In this document: in pieces, positions 43,501 to 53,160 of the stretch
Layout: every line of letters starts with the position of its first letter
Position numbering within the stretch: position 1 is the first letter of the stretch
NCBI GenBank assembly: GCA_963674595.2
Contig: CAXXFV010000025.1
Coordinates: forward strand, 25,159-89,158
Direction: 5' to 3'
DNA from: a bacterium
Lineage (GTDB): Bacteria; Zhuqueibacterota; Zhuqueibacteria; Residuimicrobiales; Krinioviventaceae
DNA length: 64,000 bases
The notes under the pieces: model-generated
Databases searched by the model: none
The model's input: only the letters and a program-made list of their open reading frames with translations
What the model was told of the DNA's origin: nothing
Made by a program: the position numbers and the translations under genes

Positions 43501-44594
43501 CTCTGGTCGATAATGGCTGTGGTATCCCGGAGGAAAAGTTGGATAAAATTTTTAGCCGCTTTTATCGATTACACAATCACACAGTTCTTAACAATTCTGG
43601 TTGCGGCATTGGCCTCTCATTGGTAAAAGGTGTCGTCGAACTATTGGGGGGCACCATTAATGTAAAGAGTAAAGAGGAAAAAGGAACAACATTTACAGTG
43701 GCACTGCCATTAATTAACGAGTATTTTACTGATAATAGAAAACAATTAGAATGGAGTGACAGCGCAACTAATATAAAACTTCAGATGCCAAAGCAAATAG
43801 AAAAGTCCCGAGATTTAAAAAATGTAAAAAAGGAAACAAAGGTACTTTTGGTAGAAGATAATTTTGATTTGCGTAAATTCCTGCGCCACGAACTCGAATC
43901 TGAATATAAAGTCTTTGAAGCCACTGATGGAAAAGACGGTTTAACTGCTTCTTACAAATTAATACCGGATATTATTATTTCTGATGTTATGATGCCAAAT
44001 ATGGATGGAATCGAGTTCTGTAAAAGTATCAAAGGTGATGAACGAACAAGCCATATTCCCATTATTCTTTTAACTGCAAGAACATTGCAAAAAAATAAAA
44101 TTGAAGGTCTTCAGTATGGTGCTGATGACTATCTTACTAAACCATTTGATGTTAAAGAGTTAAAGTTACGCATACAAAATATTATTGAGGCTCGCAAAAG
44201 GACCTGGTTAATGTTCCAAAGAGATGTACGGCTTCAGCCTACAGAATTACAATATAATTCTCTCGATGAAAATTTTATCAACCGTGCGATTGAAATTATA
44301 GAAAAACATATTGATGATCCTGACCTTGATCCTAAAAAATTTGGCGAAATAATTGGTATGAGTCGTGCGGGATTGTATAACAAGATACGGACATTAACAG
44401 GCAAATCAGTAAACGAATTTATTATCCTTATTCGTTTAAAAAGGGCCGCCCAGCTTATAGAAAAATCGGGACTTAATGTAACTCAGATTGCATATGAAGT
44501 AGGATTTAAAAGTCCTTCTCATTTTGCTAAAGCTTTTAAAAAACAGTTTGGCACTATTCCTTCAAAGTTTAAAAATAATTCTAAAGAAATTTAA
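40521..44594 (+). CDS. hybrid two-component sensor/regulator (beta-propeller, YYY-like, HisKA, HATPase, REC, AraC)
   Basis: Reg_prop repeats (DGLSSNSI), TM, ISHELRTPLT, NLLSNAFKFT, SDVMMPNMDG, IAYEVGFKSPSHF. Confidence 0.95.
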   Translation: MLMTAKMKIFSQSFFLFIFIFVQTLIANQLFISGYQDMFSESWRWQAFPELNGRGCRCIAEDVDGNLWFGINGGVLKYDGLKWDFYFTNGDSTNDPVIALCASSDNTLYVGTNSGISSLKNGEWRFLDIDLGYGDQTDFPNNRLSIIEGVDKSIWIGTHQGLLRIKNNILNLYRPDAVIPNLQNRNIDFQEIRDLPPINVFSIYEDEQGVLWIGLSDGKIFRCRYDPNDISARPKWTRVDLEEGYVPARYPLITIANNGNVLVCSGEIRRGINIYNGKKWEQFNFYQEFNINDVHTDVLKMNNGTILVGVSSGVFAYNEKKWLKYINPDLLLPQNRWNFFETSREGLWIFGLGGEVWRVDLSTKKWSSFKGVHFIAQDLKGDNWFLSYDGAVIKTNSTMQALKRYDDSDGLIDTPTSLYVTKRGQIWAAGSHRQIAATAYFEDNKWHRHLHPTLSWSIDHRAVMETRDGSLWFGSCADKVASKGHRGGLVRYLNPFESKDKFEYYYFNEKFELFAIYGIGQSQDGKLFVGEKLLYQFDAENDSWELITSPSGIDKSFIDCIHTSQDGNVWVGTRANGLFMYNHFSQDWKNYTTLDGLSSNSIIAVLAKSDSNVWVATERNICHFDGESWMKEVFPNFVGLHRPRFKMLTAKDGSIWFNLIPSRWLSRALYPENSLERFRNDFISYHYIPDKIPPETVITFSQNQVSQPGNVYISWFAHDPWRSTPDELLLYSYRIDDETWSPFSFKTGNIFLNLPDGDHTFEVRSRDQDMNLDPVPAHVSFSVIPPIWKKVWFISLIIFFLLTITVFIFFLQHRNKIIRNLSLAREQMFTNISHELRTPLTLIIGNANKIQECVDPNSIIYLPVTLLSRSCDRLFRLVNQILDFEKLESGVADICLKKGDIIAYIRQVVEAFQVMANENHKVLKINTTINELDIWFDPDKIEKILFNLLSNAFKFTEKDGLIQLSLSIESGSTSQKTNLQNDIAISYKDYLIITLVDNGCGIPEEKLDKIFSRFYRLHNHTVLNNSGCGIGLSLVKGVVELLGGTINVKSKEEKGTTFTVALPLINEYFTDNRKQLEWSDSATNIKLQMPKQIEKSRDLKNVKKETKVLLVEDNFDLRKFLRHELESEYKVFEATDGKDGLTASYKLIPDIIISDVMMPNMDGIEFCKSIKGDERTSHIPIILLTARTLQKNKIEGLQYGADDYLTKPFDVKELKLRIQNIIEARKRTWLMFQRDVRLQPTELQYNSLDENFINRAIEIIEKHIDDPDLDPKKFGEIIGMSRAGLYNKIRTLTGKSVNEFIILIRLKRAAQLIEKSGLNVTQIAYEVGFKSPSHFAKAFKKQFGTIPSKFKNNSKEI

Positions 44595-44742
44595 TATTTA
44601 GACAATTTTTATATTCAATTTGCAGGCGGGAACTACCAACACTAAAAATAAAAAGTAGTGCCGTCTCCTGTTTCATATTTTAAAATCATCTATTTATTGC
44701 TCTCCGTTCGAACCCTCCTTGAATATTTCAAAAATTTAAAAT

Positions 44743-44771
44743 TAGACGTTAAGACTCAAACCTTAGACGCT
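44743..44771 (+). promoter_or_regulatory. HTCS-type direct-repeat operator 1 (TAGAC-N16-TAGAC)
   Basis: TAGACGTTAAGACTCAAACCTTAGACGCT; near-identical to 50011-50039. Confidence 0.75.
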
Positions 44772-44859
44772 GACGTTGGCGAATGAGTTATTTATTTTAT
44801 ATAATTAACCATAAAATTTAGCTCAATTCGTCCATGTTTACGAAACAAGTAGGGTTTAC

Positions 44860-46047
44860 ATGAAAAGATCTATTTCTTTATTTATCCTCCTAATTATTGA
44901 ATTAAATTTATTGTTAGTAGTACATGCTGCACCGGTTGTTCCATCAAGCACCACGCAATTAGAAATAACAAGCGGGCCTTATTTACAGCGGGCAGATGCA
45001 TCATCAATGACAGTAATGTGGATTACTAGTAAAAAATGTTTATCCTGGGTTGAAGTGGGGATTGATAAAAATCAACTTGAAAAAACAACCAATAGCTCAA
45101 ACGGGCTGACTGAAATAAATAACAATATTCATAAAATACGTCTAACAAATTTAACTCCCGGTCAGCGTTATTTCTATCGTATCGTTTCTAAAGAGATTGT
45201 GAGCTTAACCGCTGATGATATATTATATGGTGAAGAGATATCAAGTGAAATTTATGAATTTGAAACACTGAATCTTGACAAGCAGGAATTCTCGTTTGTT
45301 GTTTTAGCCGATATTCATCAAAATATGGATATTCTTGATCCACTATTGGAACAAGCTACAAGTAAAAATTTTGACCTGTTATTTTATAATGGAGACATGG
45401 CAGACTATTTTTATTCGGAAGAACAAATCTGTCATGATGTCCTCAATCCCTCTGTCACCCATTTTGCTAATTACACACCATTTGTTTGGGTTCGTGGCAA
45501 TCATGAATGCCAGGGAAGTTACGCACGAAAGATTATCAATTATATCGATACATGGGACTATGAATATTATTATTCATTTGATCATGGTCCTGTCCATTTT
45601 CTTGTGCTGGATACTGCTGAAGCACGACAGGATTTTGAAGAAAAAAATGGTGCAATTGGACGTTTTGAACCTTATAGAACATTAGAAGCTGAATGGTTAA
45701 ACCGGGAAATTAATACTGACAATTTTAAAAACGCAAAATTCAGAATAGCTTTTTGTCACATTCCATTCTATATCAGTGGTGATACGGGTCCTGAAATCGA
45801 AGAAAAATTCGGTCCATTGTTGAATGATGGTAAAATTGACTTACTCATCTGTGGGCATACCCATAATTTTACATATTTAGAACCAAATCCCGATCGTTAT
45901 AATTTTCCTGTTATTGTTGTTGGCGGGGGGACGGCCGGTTCGTGCACATTAATGCGTGTCGACGCTTCAAATAATGAACTCGTTATTGAAATGACTAATA
46001 TAAATGGTGAATTATTAAAAAAAGTAGTTATTCCTGTTAAGGAGTAA
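44860..46047 (+). CDS. secreted FN3 + metallophosphoesterase (purple acid phosphatase-like)
   Basis: GPYLQ; ADIH, GDMADY, GNHE, CHIP, GHTH. Confidence 0.9.
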   Translation: MKRSISLFILLIIELNLLLVVHAAPVVPSSTTQLEITSGPYLQRADASSMTVMWITSKKCLSWVEVGIDKNQLEKTTNSSNGLTEINNNIHKIRLTNLTPGQRYFYRIVSKEIVSLTADDILYGEEISSEIYEFETLNLDKQEFSFVVLADIHQNMDILDPLLEQATSKNFDLLFYNGDMADYFYSEEQICHDVLNPSVTHFANYTPFVWVRGNHECQGSYARKIINYIDTWDYEYYYSFDHGPVHFLVLDTAEARQDFEEKNGAIGRFEPYRTLEAEWLNREINTDNFKNAKFRIAFCHIPFYISGDTGPEIEEKFGPLLNDGKIDLLICGHTHNFTYLEPNPDRYNFPVIVVGGGTAGSCTLMRVDASNNELVIEMTNINGELLKKVVIPVKE

Positions 46048-46100
46048 AAAGCTTGTTCATTCAAACTTATCCCAATATTGACTTAAAATCTGGAATAATC

Positions 46101-47291
46101 ATGAAATTATTACTTTATAGTTTTTTTGTTCTTGGCAGTCAGTTTTTAACAAATGTATATTCTTTACCGATACAAAAAACATCCTCTCAGGATCAATTTG
46201 CCATAACCTCAGGGCCTTATTTACAGCAAATTGATGAAACAACAATGACTGTGATGTGGATGACTAATAAAAAGTGTTTATCCTGGGTTGAATATGGTAA
46301 TGATAAAAACAATCTTGAAAAAATTATTAAAAGCCGAAATGGATTGTTCGAGCTTGATAGTACAATTCATAAAATACGTCTGACAAACCTTTCGCCTGAT
46401 CAACATTACTTTTACCGGGTTATTTCAAAAGATATAACATTTCTGAATAACGGGGAGATTTTAGTTGGTGAACCCATTTCCAGTGAAATTTTTGAGTTTG
46501 ATATAATAGATAAAAATGCAACTGAATTTTCTTTTGTACACTATTGCGATATCCACGATGATCAGGAGTTATTGAACCAACTTCTTGACCAGGCTGCAAT
46601 GGAAAAATTTGATCTCTTGTTTTACAATGGAGACATGGCAGATTATTTTTATTCCCATGAGCAAGTTTGCGAACTATTAATTAATCCAAGTGTATCACAT
46701 TTTGCCAGGAACATTCCATTTGTTTGGGTACGGGGAAATCACGAATGCCGGGGGATTTGGGCCCGCCACCTTATCAATTATATTGATACCCCAAATGATC
46801 AGTTCTACTATTCATTCGATTTTGGACCTGTTCATTTTATTGTTTTAGATACAGGCGAAAATCATTTCGACTGGGAGGATATGTTGGGGGCCATCGGCCG
46901 CTTTGAACCCTATCGAACTGAGCAGGCTGAATGGTTAAAACAACAATATCAAACAGACAGCCATAAAAACGCCAAATACAGAATTGTTATTTGCCATATT
47001 CCATTTTATATCACCTATGACAACAATGAGGATATAGAACAAACTTTTGGTCAAATTCTTAACGAAGGAAATATTGATCTGATGCTTTGCGGACACCGTC
47101 ACGTATATTCGCATATACCTCCGGAGGATGAAAGACATAATTTCCCGGTAATAGTCGGTGGTGGCGGTTCAGCCGGCTCTATTACGACAATTAAAGTTTT
47201 TGTCACAAATTCACAACTTGTTATTAAAGTGTTTAATCTGGACGGTCAGTTACGTGACGAAGTGATTGTTCCCGCAGTTGAAAACAATTGA
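46101..47291 (+). CDS. secreted FN3 + metallophosphoesterase, paralog 2
   Basis: CDIH, GDMADY, GNHE, GHRH; close paralog of the previous gene. Confidence 0.9.
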   Translation: MKLLLYSFFVLGSQFLTNVYSLPIQKTSSQDQFAITSGPYLQQIDETTMTVMWMTNKKCLSWVEYGNDKNNLEKIIKSRNGLFELDSTIHKIRLTNLSPDQHYFYRVISKDITFLNNGEILVGEPISSEIFEFDIIDKNATEFSFVHYCDIHDDQELLNQLLDQAAMEKFDLLFYNGDMADYFYSHEQVCELLINPSVSHFARNIPFVWVRGNHECRGIWARHLINYIDTPNDQFYYSFDFGPVHFIVLDTGENHFDWEDMLGAIGRFEPYRTEQAEWLKQQYQTDSHKNAKYRIVICHIPFYITYDNNEDIEQTFGQILNEGNIDLMLCGHRHVYSHIPPEDERHNFPVIVGGGGSAGSITTIKVFVTNSQLVIKVFNLDGQLRDEVIVPAVENN

Positions 47292-47321
47292 TGTCCATGA
47301 AATTATAAGGAATGTTTAAGA

Positions 47322-48863
47322 ATGATGAATAAAATAGTTTGTTTTACGATGACTAGATTAAATTTTGCACTAATTCTGATTTGTGGGCTCAGCTTGTTAG
47401 TTATGCCTTCAGTGAGTACCGGGCAAAATTTCATCGATTATAAAATAATAAATAGCGAATCTTTTGAGGTTTCTTATGGTCCGTATTTACAGTTACCATC
47501 GGATACATCCATAGATGTTGTTTGGATGGTGAATGACTTATGTATACCATACGTTTGGTCGGGAATTAATGCACCTAATGAAGGATCAACATGCAACAGT
47601 CGTCATGGTTTGGTTAATGTTTGTGAACAGACTTGTAGAGTATCTTTGAGCGATTTAATGCCGGGGACAATCTATCAATATCAAGCTATCACAAAAGAAC
47701 TGGTTATAAGCGGCCAGGGCAAAGATGATGTTGCATTTTACTGGGATTTAAGGACACACAAATCCAGACCCTCTAATTTCAAGACATTATCCGAACAAAA
47801 GACAAATTTTTCTTTTGTTGTTTTGAATGATCTTGCCGGGAATATGAATTTAATGGATTCGTTACAGTCGATTATTAATATTGATTCACTGGACTTTGTT
47901 GTTTTGAATGGAAATATGCTCAATGCCGTTGAAAATGTTGACCAGATTGGCATTGAAATTATAGAACCCTGCGTAAACTTGTTTGCCTCAAAAATTCCTT
48001 TTATTTATATCCGTGGTGCAAATGAATGCCGTGGAGCCATGGCAAATTATTTTTCTGATTATTTTGGCAAAAATGGCAAACATTATTTTTCATTCAATAA
48101 TGGGCCTGTACATTTTATTGTTTTGGATTCAGGTGTGGAAAAAGAAGACTCTGACCCTGATTATTTTGGAACAGTTGATTTTCAAAACTACCGTACTGAG
48201 CAGGCAAATTGGCTTGCTAATGATTTAAGCCGTGATGAATGTAAAAATGCAAAATTTAATATTGTTTTCTCACATCTTCCATTATATGGAGGGAATGACA
48301 GCTTTGGTGAACAAGATATTCGTAGCAAATTTGGACCATTATTAAACGATGCAAACGTTTCTTTGATGTTCTGCGGAAATTCCGATACCTATAAGAGGAT
48401 TGAACCTGTCGCGTCAGAGAATAATTATCCGATTTTAATAGGCTGTAAACCCTCGGATGGAATTGCCAGTTTTTTTAAAATTGATGTAACCGAAGATGAA
48501 ATAAAGGTCACCACCATTCTCACTGACAAAACCATTGTAGAGGAATATTATGTATTGGGAGAAACCGGTGTGCACTCGTCAGGGAAAACGAATTCCGGTA
48601 TGGAATATAAATTATCACAAAACTATCCCAATCCATTTAATCCTGCGACAAGTATTACATATACTCTATCCCAAACAGACAAGGTTATAATAAAACTTTA
48701 CGATGTTTTAGGAAAAGAGATCAAGACATTGGTAAACGATGTTCAAAATGCCGGAAGCCATACAATTCTGGTTAATGCTGAAAATTTACCAAGCGGGATT
48801 TACTTTTATAGAATAAAAACAACACAATTTTCGGATGTTAAAAAGTTAACTGTTGTCAAATGA
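47322..48863 (+). CDS. FN3 + degenerate metallophosphoesterase with T9SS/FlgD tail
   Basis: Same fold but NDLA, GNM, GANE, GNSD replace the metal motifs; NYPNPFNPAT. Confidence 0.85.
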   Translation: MMNKIVCFTMTRLNFALILICGLSLLVMPSVSTGQNFIDYKIINSESFEVSYGPYLQLPSDTSIDVVWMVNDLCIPYVWSGINAPNEGSTCNSRHGLVNVCEQTCRVSLSDLMPGTIYQYQAITKELVISGQGKDDVAFYWDLRTHKSRPSNFKTLSEQKTNFSFVVLNDLAGNMNLMDSLQSIINIDSLDFVVLNGNMLNAVENVDQIGIEIIEPCVNLFASKIPFIYIRGANECRGAMANYFSDYFGKNGKHYFSFNNGPVHFIVLDSGVEKEDSDPDYFGTVDFQNYRTEQANWLANDLSRDECKNAKFNIVFSHLPLYGGNDSFGEQDIRSKFGPLLNDANVSLMFCGNSDTYKRIEPVASENNYPILIGCKPSDGIASFFKIDVTEDEIKVTTILTDKTIVEEYYVLGETGVHSSGKTNSGMEYKLSQNYPNPFNPATSITYTLSQTDKVIIKLYDVLGKEIKTLVNDVQNAGSHTILVNAENLPSGIYFYRIKTTQFSDVKKLTVVK

Positions 48864-48993
48864 AATGTTAGGTTTTGTCAATTCCCTATATATGATCCCA
48901 TTGGAATCTTGTAAAAATTTAGAATGGATTTGAGATTGCCTTTTACAGTTACGTAAAAGTACGGAATTTCTCTTATATGAAGGAAATATAAAT

Positions 48994-49887
48994 TTGCCCA
49001 ATTTAAAAAATATAACACGTAAGGATTTTTTGCATAAAATTTTCTCAATGGCAACTGGTCTTTTTACATCATGTTCTATTGTTTCATGCACTTCCGGAAA
49101 AAAAAAGTTGTCGAATGGAATCAAGTTTGGTTTTGCGTTGGATATGAATGTTAAAAATTTTGACTTGCCAAAGATAATTCAAAATTGCGAAGCTGTAAAA
49201 TATGCCGGTATTGAATTCTTGATGCAGCAAAGCAACATCGATGAACTTGCAACAAATGCCGCACAACGTTTGGAATTGAAAAAGCGATTCGCTGATAGTC
49301 CTTTAAAATGTATCGGTTTGAGTAATACTCAACCTATAAATTTATCACATACGGATAAAAGGGCAATGGCTTTAACTGATACGTTCTCTCTAATCAATTT
49401 ATGTTACAACATTAACGGTAATAGCATAGGCATTAAATTAGCTGACTTGGATATTAATGAGAATCCGGATTTTATTGAATATGCCGGAGAATTTTTAAAT
49501 ACTATTGGCAACTATGCCAATGAATATGATCGAAAAATCAGGATTGAAATCTGTGATATAAATAATAATACGATTGAGAATTTGAAATGTTTATTTGATC
49601 AGATCGAACAACCCAATATTGGTATTTGCTGGAATAGTTTTAAAAATAGCAAAACGTCTCTTTTAAAAGAGAATTTACCGTTATTAAAAGATTACCTGGA
49701 TACGGTTCATATTCAGATATCAGGCTCTGATAGGTATTATCAGCAATCATTATTTAACCTGTTGGTTCAAATGAATTATAGTGGATGGGTAATAGTAAAC
49801 GACCAACTTCAGGATCAAAATAATATTATTACGATGAAGGAGCAAGTTTCCGTTTTAAACAAAATGATAAAAGAGGCGCACCTTTAA
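48994..49887 (+). CDS. xylose-isomerase-like TIM barrel (sugar phosphate isomerase/epimerase family), Tat/lipoprotein-like leader
   Basis: TRKDFL leader with SC; GIEF, IRIE, ICWNS, TVHI, NYSGW. Confidence 0.7.
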   Translation: MPNLKNITRKDFLHKIFSMATGLFTSCSIVSCTSGKKKLSNGIKFGFALDMNVKNFDLPKIIQNCEAVKYAGIEFLMQQSNIDELATNAAQRLELKKRFADSPLKCIGLSNTQPINLSHTDKRAMALTDTFSLINLCYNINGNSIGIKLADLDINENPDFIEYAGEFLNTIGNYANEYDRKIRIEICDINNNTIENLKCLFDQIEQPNIGICWNSFKNSKTSLLKENLPLLKDYLDTVHIQISGSDRYYQQSLFNLLVQMNYSGWVIVNDQLQDQNNIITMKEQVSVLNKMIKEAHL

Positions 49888-50010
49888 AATGGTGATTAGA
49901 CGATTAATTTGTATTGCGTATTACCCTTCTTAATTTGTTAGAGTTCTGTTTTTAATACAAGCTGTCTCTTAAACTTAATTTTCCTTTATCAACCAGCATT
50001 TGATAGAATG

Positions 50011-50039
50011 TAGACGTTCAGACAAATTTTTTAGACGCT
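50011..50039 (+). promoter_or_regulatory. HTCS-type direct-repeat operator 2
   Basis: TAGACGTTCAGACAAATTTTTTAGACGCT upstream of the TBDR. Confidence 0.75.
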
Positions 50040-50186
50040 CAAAGAAGATAGAAAATCAAAAAATATTATATTAATATTTATATCAACCGCTTTTACGCCT
50101 TGACGATTTAAAAGTACAAAAGATCTAGAGTTTCTGTAGGGTTCATTTAACAAAAATGTAATAGATATTTTTGAAAGGAGCCATAT

Positions 50187-53060
50187 ATGGTTCGAAAGTT
50201 TTATCTGTTTTTTATTTTGCTTTTATTCATTGTTATGATAAATTCGGCCCTGGCACAATCAGCAAAGATTGTGGGTGTTGTAAAAGATATTTCTACCGGA
50301 GAACCATTACCTGGCGCAAATGTTTTGATAAAAGGTACTTCTATTGGCTCTGCTACAGATTTGGATGGAAGATACCATATTTTAAGAGTTCCACCCGGAA
50401 ATTACACTATCACAGTCATGTTCATCGGCTATAAAACAGCCGAAAAACCAATCAAAATTACACATGGGCAATCACTTGAATTAAATTTTGACCTGGAATT
50501 TGATGTTATTAAATTTTCTGGCGAAGTTGTTGTAACCGCTCAACAAGAGGGGCAAGCGGCTGCAATAAACCAGCAAATACGTTCAAACACAATTGTAAAT
50601 GTGGTTTCTAAAGATAAAATTCAGGAATTACCGGACCAAAATGCAGCCGAATCTCTGGGACGTTTACCCGGTATCTCTATACAGCGTAGCGCCGGTGAAG
50701 GAGAAACTGTGGTTGTACGTGGATTGTCTCCGAGATTTAGTTCAGTAACTGTAAATGGCGAGCGTTTACCCGGAGGTGATGACCGTTCTGTTAATTTAAA
50801 TACCTTGTCTCCTGAAGTGTTGGGAGGAATCGAAATTTTCAAAGCTCTTCGTCCTGATCTTGATGCTGATGCTATTGGGGGGAGCATCAATTTTATCACT
50901 AAAAAAGCATCGGAGGGAGTTGAAGGGAAAGTTCGTTCTTTTGGCAGTTATAATGATTTGAAAGACAGCAATTACAAGGGTAGTATTTATTATAGCAATC
51001 GTTTTATTCAAGCAAGTAACAAAGGACACAAACTTGGTGTTGTTGCCTCGGTGAATTATGAAACCCGAAATAAAAGCACTGAAGAACTATCAGCAACGTA
51101 CGATTGGAGCCGTGTAATTAATGGCGAAACGGTATATGAGACGAATAAGGTACGTCTTACCGACAGAAATAATTCGGGAAAACGTTATAATATTAATATA
51201 AGTACAGATTATCAACTTGGATTCAATCAGGAGATACTTTTTAGCAGTCTTTATACATATAGTAAAGGTGAATCAGAATGGCAAAGGCAGGAATACGATA
51301 TAGGCGGGAATAGTCATGAGCGGGATTTTTCATTCTCTCGTACCAGGGGTAGCACCTGGAGCAATTCACTTGCCGGTAATCATCTGTTTTGGTTTGGTGA
51401 AATTAACTGGCGTACTTCTTATTCAAAAATCAAATCCGAAACTCCCTGGTCAACGTCCTTTAATTTTTTAGAGTATAGCGCTTTTTCGCAGGATACCCCT
51501 GCAAAAATATACGATCCTCTGGATATCCCTCAATATGCAAAAAATGATTCCTATGCTGCATGGCTCGATCACTCTTATATAAGTAAAAAATTGATTGAAG
51601 ATCGGCATCTTACCGGTCAATTAGATATCAAACTCCCTTTCCAGCTCGGTAAAAATATATCGGGATATTTTAAAACCGGTGGAAAAATCCGTAATAAGCA
51701 CCGGGAAAAAGATGTGACAAAATGGGGAGGCAATCGCTGGGCAACCGGGCAAACCGTAAACAATTATTATGATGACTGGTTTGTTGATGCCAGGGGGCAG
51801 TCGGAAGATATTGCTCTTGTCAATTTTATAGATAAAAATACGAAAAAGTATGAGGATTTCCTTAATGGTGATTGTGATTACGTAGAAGTACTTGATGCTG
51901 AAAGGATGCAATGGTTTGCTGCAACTTTTGATTCCATTTATAAAAAATCACCCTATTACGAGGACGATGTTAACGACTATAATGGCAGTGAAAGCATTTC
52001 GGCTGCCTATGTAATGGCGGAATTTAACTGGAAACAGAAAATTATGTTCATGCCTGGTATTAGATATGAACGCACGGCAACTGACTATTCTACCAAACTG
52101 ACTAATCCGTTGGATACTGATGCATTAAGAATACAACCCTCTTATAATGATACCTCGGGTAATCGAATTTATGAAAACTTTTTACCAATGTACCAGGTGC
52201 GGGTAAAGCCGGCAAGCTGGTTTGATATTCGCCTTGCCTTAACAAACTCGATTTCACGGCCCGTTTTTTATAATTTAATCCCCTATGAATACCTTGAATG
52301 GAGTTCTTCCGAACTTGAGTATGGAAATCCTAATCTAAAAGAAACGACCGCAACGAATTATGACGCTTATATCTCTTTTTATAATCGGTTCGGCTTGTTT
52401 TCTGTAGGGACCTTTTATAAGGAACTGGAGAATATCGATTATATTCGAGAGAGTATACGGTTAGGAGGATATTATTCACCTTATTTAACGAACATGAAAG
52501 GCTGGACTGTTACGAGTCCCGAAAACCTTGAAGACAAAACAAAAGTGGATGGTTGGGAAGTTGAATTACAAACCAATTTTAAATATTTGCCGAGCCCGTT
52601 GGATGGAATTTTGCTTTATGCAAATTTTTCAAAAATTCACTCGGAATCGCAGTATCCTTATTCAATATATCGAATGGAATACCTTACCACGCCACCGTAT
52701 GTACGAGCAACTGTAACTGATACTGCACGCATTGGCCGAATGATAGGGCAGGCTGATAAAATTATGAATATTACAATCGGATATGAAAAAGGTGGTTTTT
52801 CCGGTCGATTGTCCATGATTTACCAGGGCAATGCAATACGAGGCGTCGCAATGGATGATGCAGAGGATAGTTTGGATGATGATTTTATTCGCTGGGATTT
52901 GGTGATGCAGCAGCACATTTATAAAGGGATTAGACTTATTGCCCAAATAAGTAATCTAACCAACCAGGAAGAGAAATCGCATATTCGTTTTGAAACTCTA
53001 CCTACAAGTAGAGAATATTATGGTCGAAAAATTGATATCGGGATACAATTTGAATATTGA
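50187..53060 (+). CDS. TonB-dependent receptor
   Basis: Carboxypeptidase-regulatory-like N-domain, plug LPDQNAAESLGRLPG...ADAIGGSIN, GNPNLK, C-terminal IGIQFEY. Confidence 0.95.
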   Translation: MVRKFYLFFILLLFIVMINSALAQSAKIVGVVKDISTGEPLPGANVLIKGTSIGSATDLDGRYHILRVPPGNYTITVMFIGYKTAEKPIKITHGQSLELNFDLEFDVIKFSGEVVVTAQQEGQAAAINQQIRSNTIVNVVSKDKIQELPDQNAAESLGRLPGISIQRSAGEGETVVVRGLSPRFSSVTVNGERLPGGDDRSVNLNTLSPEVLGGIEIFKALRPDLDADAIGGSINFITKKASEGVEGKVRSFGSYNDLKDSNYKGSIYYSNRFIQASNKGHKLGVVASVNYETRNKSTEELSATYDWSRVINGETVYETNKVRLTDRNNSGKRYNINISTDYQLGFNQEILFSSLYTYSKGESEWQRQEYDIGGNSHERDFSFSRTRGSTWSNSLAGNHLFWFGEINWRTSYSKIKSETPWSTSFNFLEYSAFSQDTPAKIYDPLDIPQYAKNDSYAAWLDHSYISKKLIEDRHLTGQLDIKLPFQLGKNISGYFKTGGKIRNKHREKDVTKWGGNRWATGQTVNNYYDDWFVDARGQSEDIALVNFIDKNTKKYEDFLNGDCDYVEVLDAERMQWFAATFDSIYKKSPYYEDDVNDYNGSESISAAYVMAEFNWKQKIMFMPGIRYERTATDYSTKLTNPLDTDALRIQPSYNDTSGNRIYENFLPMYQVRVKPASWFDIRLALTNSISRPVFYNLIPYEYLEWSSSELEYGNPNLKETTATNYDAYISFYNRFGLFSVGTFYKELENIDYIRESIRLGGYYSPYLTNMKGWTVTSPENLEDKTKVDGWEVELQTNFKYLPSPLDGILLYANFSKIHSESQYPYSIYRMEYLTTPPYVRATVTDTARIGRMIGQADKIMNITIGYEKGGFSGRLSMIYQGNAIRGVAMDDAEDSLDDDFIRWDLVMQQHIYKGIRLIAQISNLTNQEEKSHIRFETLPTSREYYGRKIDIGIQFEY

Positions 53061-53160
53061 TCCGGCTTAAATCTTAAATTTGATATAAATCATAAGCTTT
53101 GTGTATTCCGGTTTGTATTTACAAAATGATGATACTCTACTTTGTTAGCAAGGAATTCGG

